NCBI GenBank assembly: GCA_963776345.1
Contig: CAVZMH010000016.1
Coordinates: forward strand, 837,093 to 901,092
DNA from: an uncultured delta proteobacterium
GTDB lineage: Bacteria > Myxococcota > Myxococcia > Myxococcales > Myxococcaceae
DNA length: 64,000 nucleotides
Direction of reading: 5' to 3'
The first letter of the stretch is position 1. Every line of letters starts with the position of its first letter. Positions 54,854 through 64,000 of this stretch are shown one piece after another. The notes beneath the pieces were generated by a model. That model was not told where the DNA came from and ran no database searches. It was given only the letters and a program-made list of their open reading frames with translations. The position numbers and the translations under genes are program-made.

Positions 54854-56992
54854 TCAGGCCCCCGTGACGTGGACCGGCGTGCCGTTGAACGCCGCCGTGC
54901 CGAGGAGCGCGTCCACCGCCCGATCGTCGGTGAGGTCGTTGAGGCTCACGCCCGCGTGGGCCGACGCCACCCGGAGCTGGACCCCGGGGCGGCCGTGTCC
55001 CCAGCCATGCGGGAGGCTCACCACCCCGGGCATCAGGGCCTCCGTGAGCTCGAGCCGCACCGGCACGCTGCCCACCCGTGAGCGCACCTGGACCATCTGA
55101 CCGGCGCTCAGCCCGCGGGCCGCCGCGTCGTCCGGGTGCATGAGGAGCGTGCACCGCTCGGGCCCCTTCACCAGGCGCAGGCTGTTGTGCATCCAGGAGT
55201 TGTTGCTCCGGAGGTCCCGGCGGCCGATGAGCAGGAGCTCGCCGTTCCGGGCGGCGGGCGCGGAGAGCAGCTCGGACTCGACCCGGGCGAGATCGCGCAC
55301 CAGCACCTCGGGGGCGAGCTGGATGCGCTTCTCCGGCGTCATCAGGCGGTGCGGCATCGAGGGCTCGAGCGGGCCGAGGTCCACCCCGTGCGGATGCTTC
55401 TCCAGCTTCGCCACGGAGAGACGGTGCGGCGAGCGCACGCCGTAGGGTCCAAGCCGCAGACCGAGGTCGATGAGCCGGCGCGGGGTCGCGAACCGGTCCA
55501 CTGCGGCGCGCAGCGGCCGGAGCACCGGGACCGCGCCGCGCGACTTCAGCCGGCGGGTGAGCGCCTGGAAGATCTGCCAGTCGTGCTTCGCTCCGGGGGC
55601 CGGCGGGAAGAGCGCCGGCGACCACTTGGCGGTGTTCCGGACCGCGAGGAGGTGGAAGATGACGTCGTAGTGCTCGCGCTCGAGCGCCGTGGTGGGCGGC
55701 AGCAGCACGTGCGCGTGCCGGGTGGTCTCGTTCAGGTACGGGTCGACCGCCACGATGAAGTCGAGCGAGCCGAGCGCACGCTCCAGCTGCGCGCCGTTGG
55801 GCGTGGAGAGCACGGGATTGCCGCTGAGGACCACCAGCGCGCGGACCTGACCCGGGCCCGGGGTGAGGATCTCCTCGGCCAGCGCGGCGACGGGGAACTC
55901 GCCGCCAAACGAGGGCAGCTTCCGGACGCGGGTGCGGTGGCGGGCGTAGCCGCCCCGCGGGGCGAGCCCGAGCGGATTCACCGCCGGCCGGGTGAAGAGC
56001 GCGCCGCCCGGCCGGTCGAGGTTGCCGGTGACGGCGTTGAGCACCTGGATGAGCCACTGGGCCACGCCGCCGTAGGCCTGGGTGGAGACGCCGATGCGCC
56101 CGTAGGCGACGGCCGAGTCCGCGCGGGCGAAGTCGCGGGCCAGCGCGCGGATCTGCTCGGCTGCGATGCCGGTCGGGCCTGTGACGCGCTCGGGCGCAAA
56201 CGGAGCGACGGCCACCCGGACCTGCTCCAGACCATCGGTGAACTCCGCGAGCCGGCCGGGCCGCTCGAGCCTCTCCTCGAGGATGGTGCGCACCAGCGCC
56301 GCGAGCAGGAGCGCATCGGTGCCCGGCCGGATGAAGAGGTGCGTGTCGGCGACCTCGGCGGTCTCGGTGCGCCGCGGGTCCACGACCACCAGACGCCCGC
56401 CGCGCGCCTTCAGCGCCTTGAGCCGGAGCGGCATCCCGGGCGCGGTCATCAGGCTGCCGTTGGAGGCGAGCGGGTTGGCGCCGAGGGCGAGGAAGAACCG
56501 GGTCCGGTCGATGTCCGGGATGGGCAGGAGCAGCATGTGCCCGAACATCGTCGTCGCCGCGAGGTGGTGCGGAAGCTGGTCCACCGACGTCGCCGAGTAG
56601 CGGTTGCGGGTGCGGAGCGAGCGGATGAACCCGAGACCGTGGGTCATCGCTCCGAGGCTGTGGACCGTTGGGTTGCCGAGGTAGAGGGCCACCGAGTCGC
56701 GGCCGTGGCGCGCCTGGATGTCCGCGAGGCGCCCCGCGACCTCGTCGAAGGCCTCCTCCCAGCCGATGCGCGTCCAGCCGTCGCCGGTGCGGCGGAGAGG
56801 GTGCTTCTGGCGGTCCGGATCGAGGTGCACGTCCTCGAGCGCGGTCGCCTTGGGGCAGAGGTAGCCCTGGCTGAACGGGTCCTCCGGGTCGCCGCGGATG
56901 GAGCGGATGCGCTCGTCCTCCACCTCGATGCGCAGCCCGCACATCGCCTCGCAGAGATTGCAGGCGCGGTGGTGGACGCGGGTCTCGGCCAT
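54854..56992 (-). CDS. Molybdopterin-dependent oxidoreductase (DMSO reductase family)
   Basis: CNLCEAMCG...CPK 4Fe-4S motif, GANPLASNGS, VVVDPRRTETA, NETTRHA, NNSWMHN. Confidence 0.92.
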   Translation of the reverse strand: MAETRVHHRACNLCEAMCGLRIEVEDERIRSIRGDPEDPFSQGYLCPKATALEDVHLDPDRQKHPLRRTGDGWTRIGWEEAFDEVAGRLADIQARHGRDSVALYLGNPTVHSLGAMTHGLGFIRSLRTRNRYSATSVDQLPHHLAATTMFGHMLLLPIPDIDRTRFFLALGANPLASNGSLMTAPGMPLRLKALKARGGRLVVVDPRRTETAEVADTHLFIRPGTDALLLAALVRTILEERLERPGRLAEFTDGLEQVRVAVAPFAPERVTGPTGIAAEQIRALARDFARADSAVAYGRIGVSTQAYGGVAQWLIQVLNAVTGNLDRPGGALFTRPAVNPLGLAPRGGYARHRTRVRKLPSFGGEFPVAALAEEILTPGPGQVRALVVLSGNPVLSTPNGAQLERALGSLDFIVAVDPYLNETTRHAHVLLPPTTALEREHYDVIFHLLAVRNTAKWSPALFPPAPGAKHDWQIFQALTRRLKSRGAVPVLRPLRAAVDRFATPRRLIDLGLRLGPYGVRSPHRLSVAKLEKHPHGVDLGPLEPSMPHRLMTPEKRIQLAPEVLVRDLARVESELLSAPAARNGELLLIGRRDLRSNNSWMHNSLRLVKGPERCTLLMHPDDAAARGLSAGQMVQVRSRVGSVPVRLELTEALMPGVVSLPHGWGHGRPGVQLRVASAHAGVSLNDLTDDRAVDALLGTAAFNGTPVHVTGA

Positions 56993-57052
56993 GACGGCCG
57001 GGGACCCTAGCAGCGGCGCGGGGTTGCCGAGCCCGTTGACGGAACCCCCGAC

Positions 57053-57068
57053 CTGAACTCATGTTCAG
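57053..57068. promoter_or_regulatory. Myxococcus-type LexA (SOS) box CTGAAC-N4-GTTCAG
   Basis: Perfect inverted repeat 2 bp before ATG 57071, downstream of TTGACG (57036-57041). Confidence 0.7.
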
Positions 57069-57070
57069 TC

Positions 57071-57475
57071 ATGGACCGGGCCCGCCTGATGGCGATGGTC
57101 GAGATGCTGGGGACGACCTTCGCCACGCGGGGCATGCGGAGGCACGTGGAGGAGCTGCGCGTGTACTGGCTCGGCCTCTCGCGGGGGCTGGTCTCGGCCG
57201 GCCGCCGGGTGGACGTGGGCTGGTCCGAGTCGCTGGTGGTGGAGTGGTACCGGGTGCTGCGGCTCCCTCCGCACCAGTGGGACTACTCGGTGCGGCCTCC
57301 CTCGAGCCCCTGCCCTCGCTGCCCGGTGCCGGCCGGGCACGCGGTGGAGGTGAAGACCGGCCTGACGTTCCCGGAAGGCCGGAAGGCGGTGTGCACCGTC
57401 TGCGGATATGCCTGGCTGGAGCTCGACGCGGACGTCCAGCCCGCCTCCGTTGACGTCCGGCGGAAGGCTCGCTAG
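57071..57475 (+). CDS. Hypothetical zinc-ribbon protein
   Basis: CPRC...CTVC pairs; GC3-biased frame. Confidence 0.7.
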   Translation: MDRARLMAMVEMLGTTFATRGMRRHVEELRVYWLGLSRGLVSAGRRVDVGWSESLVVEWYRVLRLPPHQWDYSVRPPSSPCPRCPVPAGHAVEVKTGLTFPEGRKAVCTVCGYAWLELDADVQPASVDVRRKAR

Positions 57476-57498
57476 AGAAGCGCGCTCCGAATCAGGAC

Positions 57499-57570
57499 GG
57501 CCCTGTCGTCTAGTGGTCAGGACGGTGCCCTCTCACGGCACAAACTCGGGTTCGAATCCCGGCAGGGTCA
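57499..57570 (+). tRNA. tRNA-Glu (anticodon CTC), CCA not encoded
   Basis: Acceptor GGCCCTG/CAGGGTC, anticodon arm GTGCC-CTCTCAC-GGCAC, T-loop GGTTCGAATCC. Confidence 0.97.
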
Positions 57571-57599
57571 TTTTCGTCAATCAATTAGAGTAGCTTAGC

Positions 57600-57627
57600 G
57601 AATTGGCAACGGAATTGGCAACGGAAT
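57600..57627 (+). repeat. 12-bp tandem repeat GAATTGGCAACG (2.3 copies) just 3' of tRNA-Glu
   Basis: gaattggcaacg-gaattggcaacg-gaat. Confidence 0.8.
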
Positions 57628-58114
57628 CCGGGGTCGCCGCACCGATGCCGCAGCCCAGCCCGGCGCGAACTTCGAGCCCAGCTGAGCCTCGGTCATGGCT
57701 GTCTCTCGGAAAGCGCGGCCGAAGCGAAGCTCCAGGGCGCGGGCTCGCGCACCGAGCGATGGTCCTCGTCGGCTACCGGCGCACGCACGCGTTCGCGCGC
57801 GAGTCCAGGCTCCGCTGACCCGGGAGCGGGAGCACGCCCGGATCAAGGTGGTCAGGCCACGGACGACCGCGGGGACGCCATCTGACCACCGAACTGCGAG
57901 CACGGCGTCCACCCGCCAGGCCTCCCATTCAGAGCAGCCACTCAGCGCTCGAAGCCAGTACCCCGTCGGGATCTCCGGACAGTCATTCCAATCCTCTGCT
58001 CTGTACGGCCTCCCCACCCTCTCGAGCTTCGCCGTGGGCAGCTGGCCGTCCGGCCCCGCTCTGCCTCTGTCGACAGCCGCGCGGCGGCTCTGAACGGGAC
58101 GCAGGATTGCTGAC

Positions 58115-58941
58115 GTGTTGACGGCTCGCGAGCTGCTCACTCGCTTGCGACCGGCCTCTGAGTACCTCCCCCTCGCACCGTCAGGCCACCCGCATACGAT
58201 CGCGATCGTGCTCACGGACCGCGCCACTGCCGCACTCGATCCGATCCGTTCCCTGGGCGCCCAGCTCTGGGTCCTCGAGGTCGCGCCGGCGCGCCACCAC
58301 GTCGACGGTTGGCTCCCAGACTGGCGCTTCGAGCAAGAGGACCCGAGCACGTCGGTCGGCTTCGGCTTCGACCTCGAGGGCGACACCGTGTCCGCCTTCG
58401 AGCTCCTGGTCCATGGCCGACGTCTACCCTTCCCGGACGTGACGACCCTCGGCGCAGCGGTCCGGAAGCTCCGGGTCGCGGTCAAGGTGATCCAGGGGCG
58501 AGTCATCGTCGCGGACGTGGAATCAGTCCCCTGCGCCGTGAGCGCCGAGCTCGAGACTCCCGAGCAGCTCCCGGCGAGCCCTCGCGCCCGCTCGGCGCTC
58601 CTGCTCGACTTCGGAGCTCCGCTGCTCGAGCCGCTCCCGGCGACCGCGCCGCTCTCACTCTGGCGCGACGCGCTCACCCTGGTCGTCACCACCTGGAACG
58701 CCCTGGTGGTCGACGAGGCGCTCGGGATGACCGAGAACCTCACCGACCTACGCGAGCGGTGCGGATGCTTCCCGAGCCGGGAGCGCTCTTCTTCACCGAC
58801 GCCGTCGAAGCCCTCGTCGTCCGGAGGCAGGAGTACTTCGGGGAGGAGCGCTGGACCGTGGGACACTGGAAGGTGACTCGAGCGGGCGGTGAGCTGCGGT
58901 TCCGGGTCGAGGTCCACGCCCCGCCGGTCCGTGCACGCTGA
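58115..58941 (+). pseudogene. Hypothetical protein with a -1 frameshift near 58759 (or an assembly error)
   Basis: GC3-biased frame runs to LTDLRER, then continues as VRMLPEPGALFFTDAVEALVVRRQEYFG in the shifted frame. Confidence 0.6.
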
Positions 58942-59223
58942 GCGGTCGACGTGTTCAGATCGGCCGCAAAGGCTTCCAGATCCGGACCGCCGCCACCAGA
59001 GGGCTGAGGCTCTCCCGCACCTCGCTCCACAATTCCTCTCCTCGCAGCCTTCCGTCTTCAGAGCAGATACCTCAGCGGTCGAAACATCACCCACGGGGCG
59101 GGACGGCCAGCAGCGCCGGGTCCGAGCTCCGGTGGCGCGGAACGGCCGTCCAGAGCAACAACGACCCGCCCGGCGAACCATGCCACGCACCTGCCTTCCT
59201 TCCCCGGAGAGAGCGAAGATAGC

Positions 59224-60201
59224 TCAGTCGTCGGACCTCACTGGGGTTGCGATAAAGCCCTGGAATGGCCCGCCAGCGACGGTGCGGCAGCCTCCGGTGA
59301 GCTGCCCTCTGTTGTTAATCCCCAGTGCCCTGATGGGAAGCCGGGCTGGGCACGCAAATGGGGAGAAGACTCCATCGTTGGTGTTAATGATGAAGCCTCC
59401 CGCTTCGTTCCACCCGAAGGCCTCGCCACGATCGTTGACTTTAGAGAGCTCTGTATTACTACCGCCATTGAGAGGATTCAATATCGTATAAGTCGTACCC
59501 CGCAAGACAAACCCCTGTCCCGTTCCCGCCGTATCCGTGAAGCTTCCCACGATGGTGCCCAAGTCGTTGATCCCCCATGGGACAGTGGTGAGCGGTGCAG
59601 CGCCTGGGGGGTCTACCAATGACGTGAATCTACCGTCGCTAAGCAAGAAGCCTACCCCTTCGTCGATCGTAGGTCCGTAGGTACCGATCACGTCACCTCG
59701 GTTGTTGATGCTCGTCGCGGCGCTATTGACTGCTCCTGGGAAATCGACCACGGTCATGCTCATATCTGGCAAGAGCTTGAGGCCGTGCTGAATACCGCTT
59801 ACGTCGTTGAACCATCCGACGATGGCGCCAGAGTCGTTGATATCAGTGAAGCTTGTTGAACTGCTTCCCGGAGCGTCAAAACTCGTGAGCTGATTCCGCT
59901 TGAGAATAATGCCGTGGGAAACGCCGCTGCTATCGGTCGAATTACCGACAGCGACTCCAGCATTATTGATATCCAAGATAAAACTCCGCACCGACCCAGG
60001 AATATCAATGAACTCCAAACTATACTGGGTTCCCGGCTTGGGGTTGGCTGAGAGCGCCGTCGAATCCGAGGCAGCGCTATTCGGGTTCCCCATATTCGAT
60101 CCGCACGCGGCGGCAAGGAGAAACAACGGGACGACGACCACCAATCCAGGTGAGGCCCTTCTGCTGCGATTCAGGCGTCCAACACTTCCGATAGAAGTCA
60201 T
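59224..60201 (-). CDS. Lipoprotein with extracellular beta-propeller-type (HAF-like) repeats
   Basis: Lipobox AAAC; repeated INN/IND.G.IVG...HG units; AT-richer than its surroundings. Confidence 0.78.
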   Translation of the reverse strand: MTSIGSVGRLNRSRRASPGLVVVVPLFLLAAACGSNMGNPNSAASDSTALSANPKPGTQYSLEFIDIPGSVRSFILDINNAGVAVGNSTDSSGVSHGIILKRNQLTSFDAPGSSSTSFTDINDSGAIVGWFNDVSGIQHGLKLLPDMSMTVVDFPGAVNSAATSINNRGDVIGTYGPTIDEGVGFLLSDGRFTSLVDPPGAAPLTTVPWGINDLGTIVGSFTDTAGTGQGFVLRGTTYTILNPLNGGSNTELSKVNDRGEAFGWNEAGGFIINTNDGVFSPFACPARLPIRALGINNRGQLTGGCRTVAGGPFQGFIATPVRSDD

Positions 60202-60410
60202 GATTCCCTCACGGTTCCTACTGCTGTGCTCCTTGGCACTGCTCTGACCTCGCCCTGCAAGGACTGCTCCCTACGGGCCGTCGCCCGACGCCAGACGACG
60301 GGCGACGACGACGCGGGCCCCCGACTTCTCCCCCGTCGTCGTGCCCATCGTTCCCCCCGGAGACTCTGGCGAACCCTGGCGGCTCAGCCATTCGCCTTGC
60401 CACAGGAATC

Positions 60411-60436
60411 GCATTTACACGCGTGCACGTAAATGC
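60411..60436. promoter_or_regulatory. Inverted repeat GCATTTAC-N10-GTAAATGC between divergent genes
   Basis: Perfect 8-bp arms in the intergenic region. Confidence 0.4.
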
Positions 60437-60692
60437 CGCTCCCTAGCACACCTAATTCTGTTCCCATGCGTCATGAATCTCGCGCAATGGATTGCACGGA
60501 TGTGCAGCGCGTCGCACGAGGCGATGGCGGCTGTACGCAGATTCCGGAGTCCGCCTTGCGGTCCATCGAATGCAGTACGAAGCTGTTCAGAATTTCGTGC
60601 GGCATTCTTCGAGGATCGCCGCGTCGAGTCAGGGGGGGGTCATGGGCATCGACGGAGATGCTGAACTCGTCTGTCGAACGTCGTCCTCGCGG

Positions 60693-61190
60693 ATGGCGAG
60701 AGCGGTGTGCGTCCTGGGGGCGATGCTTCTCACAGTGGCCAGCCCCGGCTGCTCCTTCATCATCACTCGGGGGCCCGAGCCAACCCCGTCTGCGCAGCGG
60801 GCCCCCGAGCTCTCCAGAACCCCCTCACCCGAGTGCACGTCGTCCGTCGCGGCGCCGTTGGTGGACACCGTCCTGGCCACGGCGTCGGCGGCCGTCCTCG
60901 TCGCCGGGGTGGTTGGCGCCACGTCCTCGGAACCGCCCTGCCAGCCGGGCGAGTGGTTTTGTGGCATTGGCCGGGGCGCAGGTCAGGCCGCTGGGTGGGG
61001 GGCCATCGTCGTCGGAGCCATCACCGGCGCCGTGTTCACCGCCTCGGCGGTGACGGGGTACGGGCGGACCGCCGACTGCCGCCGGGCCGAAACGGCGCTG
61101 CCCACGGGGCATCGCCCGATGGGGCGCCATCTTCTTGACGTCGAAGGCATCGCCGAGGCGCGTGCCCGCGAGGAGGCAAGGACGCCATGA
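60693..61190 (+). CDS. Hypothetical membrane lipoprotein
   Basis: Lipobox-like SPGC; CTSS..APLVDT motif; TM helices; SAVTGY...CR. Confidence 0.65.
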   Translation: MARAVCVLGAMLLTVASPGCSFIITRGPEPTPSAQRAPELSRTPSPECTSSVAAPLVDTVLATASAAVLVAGVVGATSSEPPCQPGEWFCGIGRGAGQAAGWGAIVVGAITGAVFTASAVTGYGRTADCRRAETALPTGHRPMGRHLLDVEGIAEARAREEARTP

Positions 61191-61471
61191 GTGCCACTCG
61201 GCTCGGCCCGAACACAGGGACGGTCGGACCACACGGTTGGCCGTTCTGGATGAGGCTCCTCGGCGCGGCGCTCTTGGCGTTGGCAACGGCACGCTGCAGC
61301 GACTCCGGTAGCCCCGAGCATTGCTCGACGACTTCTTCCGCCCCGCGTTGCCACGAGGGAATCGTCCAGGAATGCGACATGTCTTCTGGGACCTGGGTGG
61401 ACCAGGACTGCCTCCAGGTCGCCTCTTGCTTCCTCGGAGTCTGTGGCCAGGATGGCCGCTGCCACTGCTGA
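61187..61471 (+). CDS. Small Cys-rich putative lipoprotein
   Basis: LLALATARC lipobox-like segment plus 8 further Cys; start could be 61250. Confidence 0.55.
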   Translation: MSATRLGPNTGTVGPHGWPFWMRLLGAALLALATARCSDSGSPEHCSTTSSAPRCHEGIVQECDMSSGTWVDQDCLQVASCFLGVCGQDGRCHC

Positions 61472-61591
61472 GGCCCGTCGCTCAGTCGGACCGCCCGCCA
61501 ACCGAGTCCGCACCAGCGCGCCGACGCGCCACACAAACCGCACCCCGCCGCTCTTCTTCGCCATTGCCCTGGCTGGCGACCGCCTGAGCAC

Positions 61592-62645
61592 CTAGCGCGT
61601 TGAGGGATTCTGAGGGTCACCCGCTGCGAGCTCCCGGAACCGCTGAAGGAGTTCGGCGCGACTGCTACATCGAAGCTTCTGCGCAGCCCGATAGAGCAGA
61701 ACGCCGACTGTCGAAGCGGAGATGCCCAGTTCGTAGGCGATGAGCTTGTTGGAGTCACCGAGGACCGCGAAGCTCAATGCCTGGCGTTCCCTCGGGCTCA
61801 AGGCGTCGGGCCGCGGGAACCGGATGTCATTGCGCCTGGCGACAACGTAGCGCTTGCCGTCCCGCTCGTAGGTGTCGACCAGCGTCCATCGCTCGGAAAC
61901 CAGCGACCGCCAGAGCGACAGCGAGATCTCGCCTTCCAGGCGTCCCTGCCGCGTGCGTGCTCGCTCGATCGCTTGGCACGCCTCGCCGAGGGCGTCTCGC
62001 ACGGAGCGGTCCTGGGCGGGCTGCTCGGCGTGCAGCACGCGACCAGACGGCGCGAGAACGGCCTCCGTCGGCGCGGAAGACGCCTTCGCCTGGAGCGCGC
62101 GTTGAAGACGGAAGGCCGCAGACAGGTGCGTGCTGACCCGGTCCCAGGCAGCGCGCTCACGAACGCCGAGCCGTTGGTGCTCGCCCCAGAAGCCACCGAT
62201 GATGCAGCCAGTCCGGCTCGGGTCGAGGCCGTTGACTCCAATCATGTCGTGCGCCACATGCTCTGCGTCGAAGCGTAGGGGCAGACCCGCGAAGTCCGCC
62301 CAGCCTGGCAGCTCTCGCGTCATCGCGGTGCGCTGCGACCAGAAGCTTGCCTTGACCAGCTCTGGTGGAGGCCGTTGTGGACCTGCGCGCAAGACCTCGG
62401 CCAGGGCAGGGATGTCACTGCGAGCGACGGCGCAACGGAACCTCGAGATCCTCCGGGTTCGACGCCTCATAGGTATACGCAGTGACCCCGAGACCATCGT
62501 CGAGGCCCGGCCGGGCAGCGTCGAGCACTCCCGCGAGCCACGGCTCCTCGGGCTGCTCGACCCGGTACGCCGCCTCGAGGATTCCGACGAGGTCGACCCG
62601 TCTTCTGCGATGACCTGGGCCAGCCGCCGTCGCGCTGGCTTTCAC
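61592..62645 (-). pseudogene. LuxR-family HTH regulator, copy 2, +1 frameshift at ~62444 (or an assembly error)
   Basis: N-terminus VDLVGILEAAYRVEQPEE (ORF 62415..62645) joins RFRCAV...LSPRERQ..NKLIAYELGIS; collinear with copy 1. Confidence 0.82.
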
Positions 62646-63673
62646 GCTCGGTCCTCCGGAGCCGGCTGGGAGGCTGCGCGGTATCGCGACACGAGGTCGG
62701 CACGAGTCTTGGCACCGAGCTTTACGGCCGCTCGGTGGAGCAGAACGCCGACGGTCGAAGCGGAAATGCCCAGTTCGTAGGCGATGAGCTTGTTGGAGTC
62801 ACCGAGGACCGCGAAGCTCAGTGCCTGACGCTCCCTCGGGCTGAGCGCGTCGGGGCCTGGGGTGCGAATGTCGTTGCGCCTGGCGACGACGTAGCGCTTG
62901 CCGTCCCGCTCGTACGTGTCGACCAGCGTCCACCGCTCGGACACCAGGGACCGCCAGAGCGACAGCGAGATCTCGCCCTCCAGGCGTCCCTGCCGGGTAC
63001 GTGCGCGCTCGATGGCTTGGCACGCCTCGCCGAGGGCGTCTCGCACGGACCGGTCCTGGGCGGGCTGCTCGGCGTGCAGCACGCGACCAGACGGCGCGAG
63101 AACGGCCTCCGTCGGCGCTGCGTGCTCCTTTGCCGCCTGGAGTGCTCGTTGTAGCCGGAAGGCGGAGGCCAAGTGCGTTCCGATGCGATTCCAGGTCGCA
63201 CGTGCGCGCGAGGTCAGCCGATGCGCGCGACCTGAATAGGCACCAAGCATGCAACCGATCAGGCTGGGATCAAGACCGTTGATGCCGATCACGTCATCAA
63301 CCACGTGATCTTCGTCGAGACGGTGCGGAAGAGCCATGAAGCTCTCCCAGCCCGGCATGTCTCGGATCACCTGTGTGCGCTTGCTCGGGAAGTTCGTTTC
63401 CACCCAATCGGCCGGAAGGTTCGCGACGGAAGCCTTGAAGAATTCTACGAGCGGGGGCAGCGCATCCCGCGAGGATAGGCACCGCAACTTGAAGTCCTTC
63501 GGATTCGAGGCGTCATAGGTGTAGGCCATGACTCCGAGGCCATCGTCGAGACCTGGCCGCGAGGCGTCGAGAACCCCACCGAGCCACGCATCTTCGGGCT
63601 GCTCGACGCGGTACGCCGCTTCAAGAACCTCGACAAGGTCCACAGCCCTGTTCCAAGGGTCGCGCAACGCCAT
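62642..63673 (-). CDS. LuxR-family HTH transcriptional regulator, copy 1
   Basis: C-terminal LSPRERQALSFAVLGDSNKLIAYELGISASTV...AAVKLG. Confidence 0.9.
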   Translation of the reverse strand: MALRDPWNRAVDLVEVLEAAYRVEQPEDAWLGGVLDASRPGLDDGLGVMAYTYDASNPKDFKLRCLSSRDALPPLVEFFKASVANLPADWVETNFPSKRTQVIRDMPGWESFMALPHRLDEDHVVDDVIGINGLDPSLIGCMLGAYSGRAHRLTSRARATWNRIGTHLASAFRLQRALQAAKEHAAPTEAVLAPSGRVLHAEQPAQDRSVRDALGEACQAIERARTRQGRLEGEISLSLWRSLVSERWTLVDTYERDGKRYVVARRNDIRTPGPDALSPRERQALSFAVLGDSNKLIAYELGISASTVGVLLHRAAVKLGAKTRADLVSRYRAASQPAPEDRA

Positions 63674-64000
63674 GGCGTCTGCTCCGACGAGTCTCAGCAG
63701 CCCGTTGCTGGGCGCCGAAGACTAGGGCACTCGGCCCAAGGATTTCTCGCCGGCGTCGCGGATCTCACCGCGCAGGATTCCTGAATCCGGGCACGGGTCC
63801 CGGCTGGTAGACGCTGCACTGCGGTGTCCCGTCCGAACGCGCCCAGGATTGCGCTGACCCGAATCGCAAAGCACGGTTTCTCCTGAGACCGCGTGGATCG
63901 CGAAGGCTCAGACCCTCAACCACAACGTCGGCGCGGGGTGAATCCTCCTCGACGTCCTCGACGGATTCGTGCCGCTGATCATCGACGCCGCGACGGGGGG

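Noticed and set aside
57595..59190. 531-aa minus-strand ORF next to tRNA-Glu as an integrase
   Set aside because: No tyrosine (R-H-R-Y) or serine recombinase motifs; Ser/Arg-rich shadow of the plus-strand gene
60388..60403. Sigma54 promoter on the minus strand upstream of the repeat lipoprotein
   Set aside because: The -12 position reads GG rather than GC at the required spacing
63783..63800. GAATCCGGGCACGGGTCC as a duplicate of the tRNA-Glu 3' end
   Set aside because: Needs a gap and mismatches over 17 bp; plausible by chance in GC-rich DNA

Overview
GC-rich bacterial DNA, most likely Myxococcota: it carries a MYXO-CTERM-type tail and a Myxococcus-type LexA box. Bases 1-31 kb look like core genome: serA-like dehydrogenase, a TetR/enoyl-CoA hydratase/BKACE operon, lptD and an AMIN protein, folC-accD, a CHASE2 cyclase-Crp-class II phosphodiesterase module, purM-purN, rpmB, a TldD-family protein, gltX and tRNA-Gln(CTG). 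The tRNA-Gln 3' end recurs as an 18-bp direct repeat at 38275-38292. This bounds a ~7.2-kb island with no integrase, carrying a four-gene exported operon: a transglutaminase-like lipoprotein with Ser in place of the catalytic Cys, a discoidin/QW-barrel/VWA lipoprotein, and two small paralogues. Accessory DNA continues to ~54.6 kb with an IS3-family element, a sigma54-preceded RND pair and a RES-Xre toxin-antitoxin pair with paired operators. It also holds two tandem paralogous small proteins and a candidate cyclic-nucleotide-controlled N-acyl-amino-acid locus (cNMP-patatin, GNAT/NAS-cNMP, enolase-superfamily domain fused to a Cys-nucleophile alpha/beta hydrolase). A LexA-box-controlled zinc-ribbon gene precedes tRNA-Glu(CTC), after which a second accessory region begins (lipoproteins, tandem LuxR paralogues). 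Four genes carry single-base frameshifts that may be assembly errors. No CRISPR array or rRNA was seen. All family calls come from motif recognition by eye; no database searches were run.
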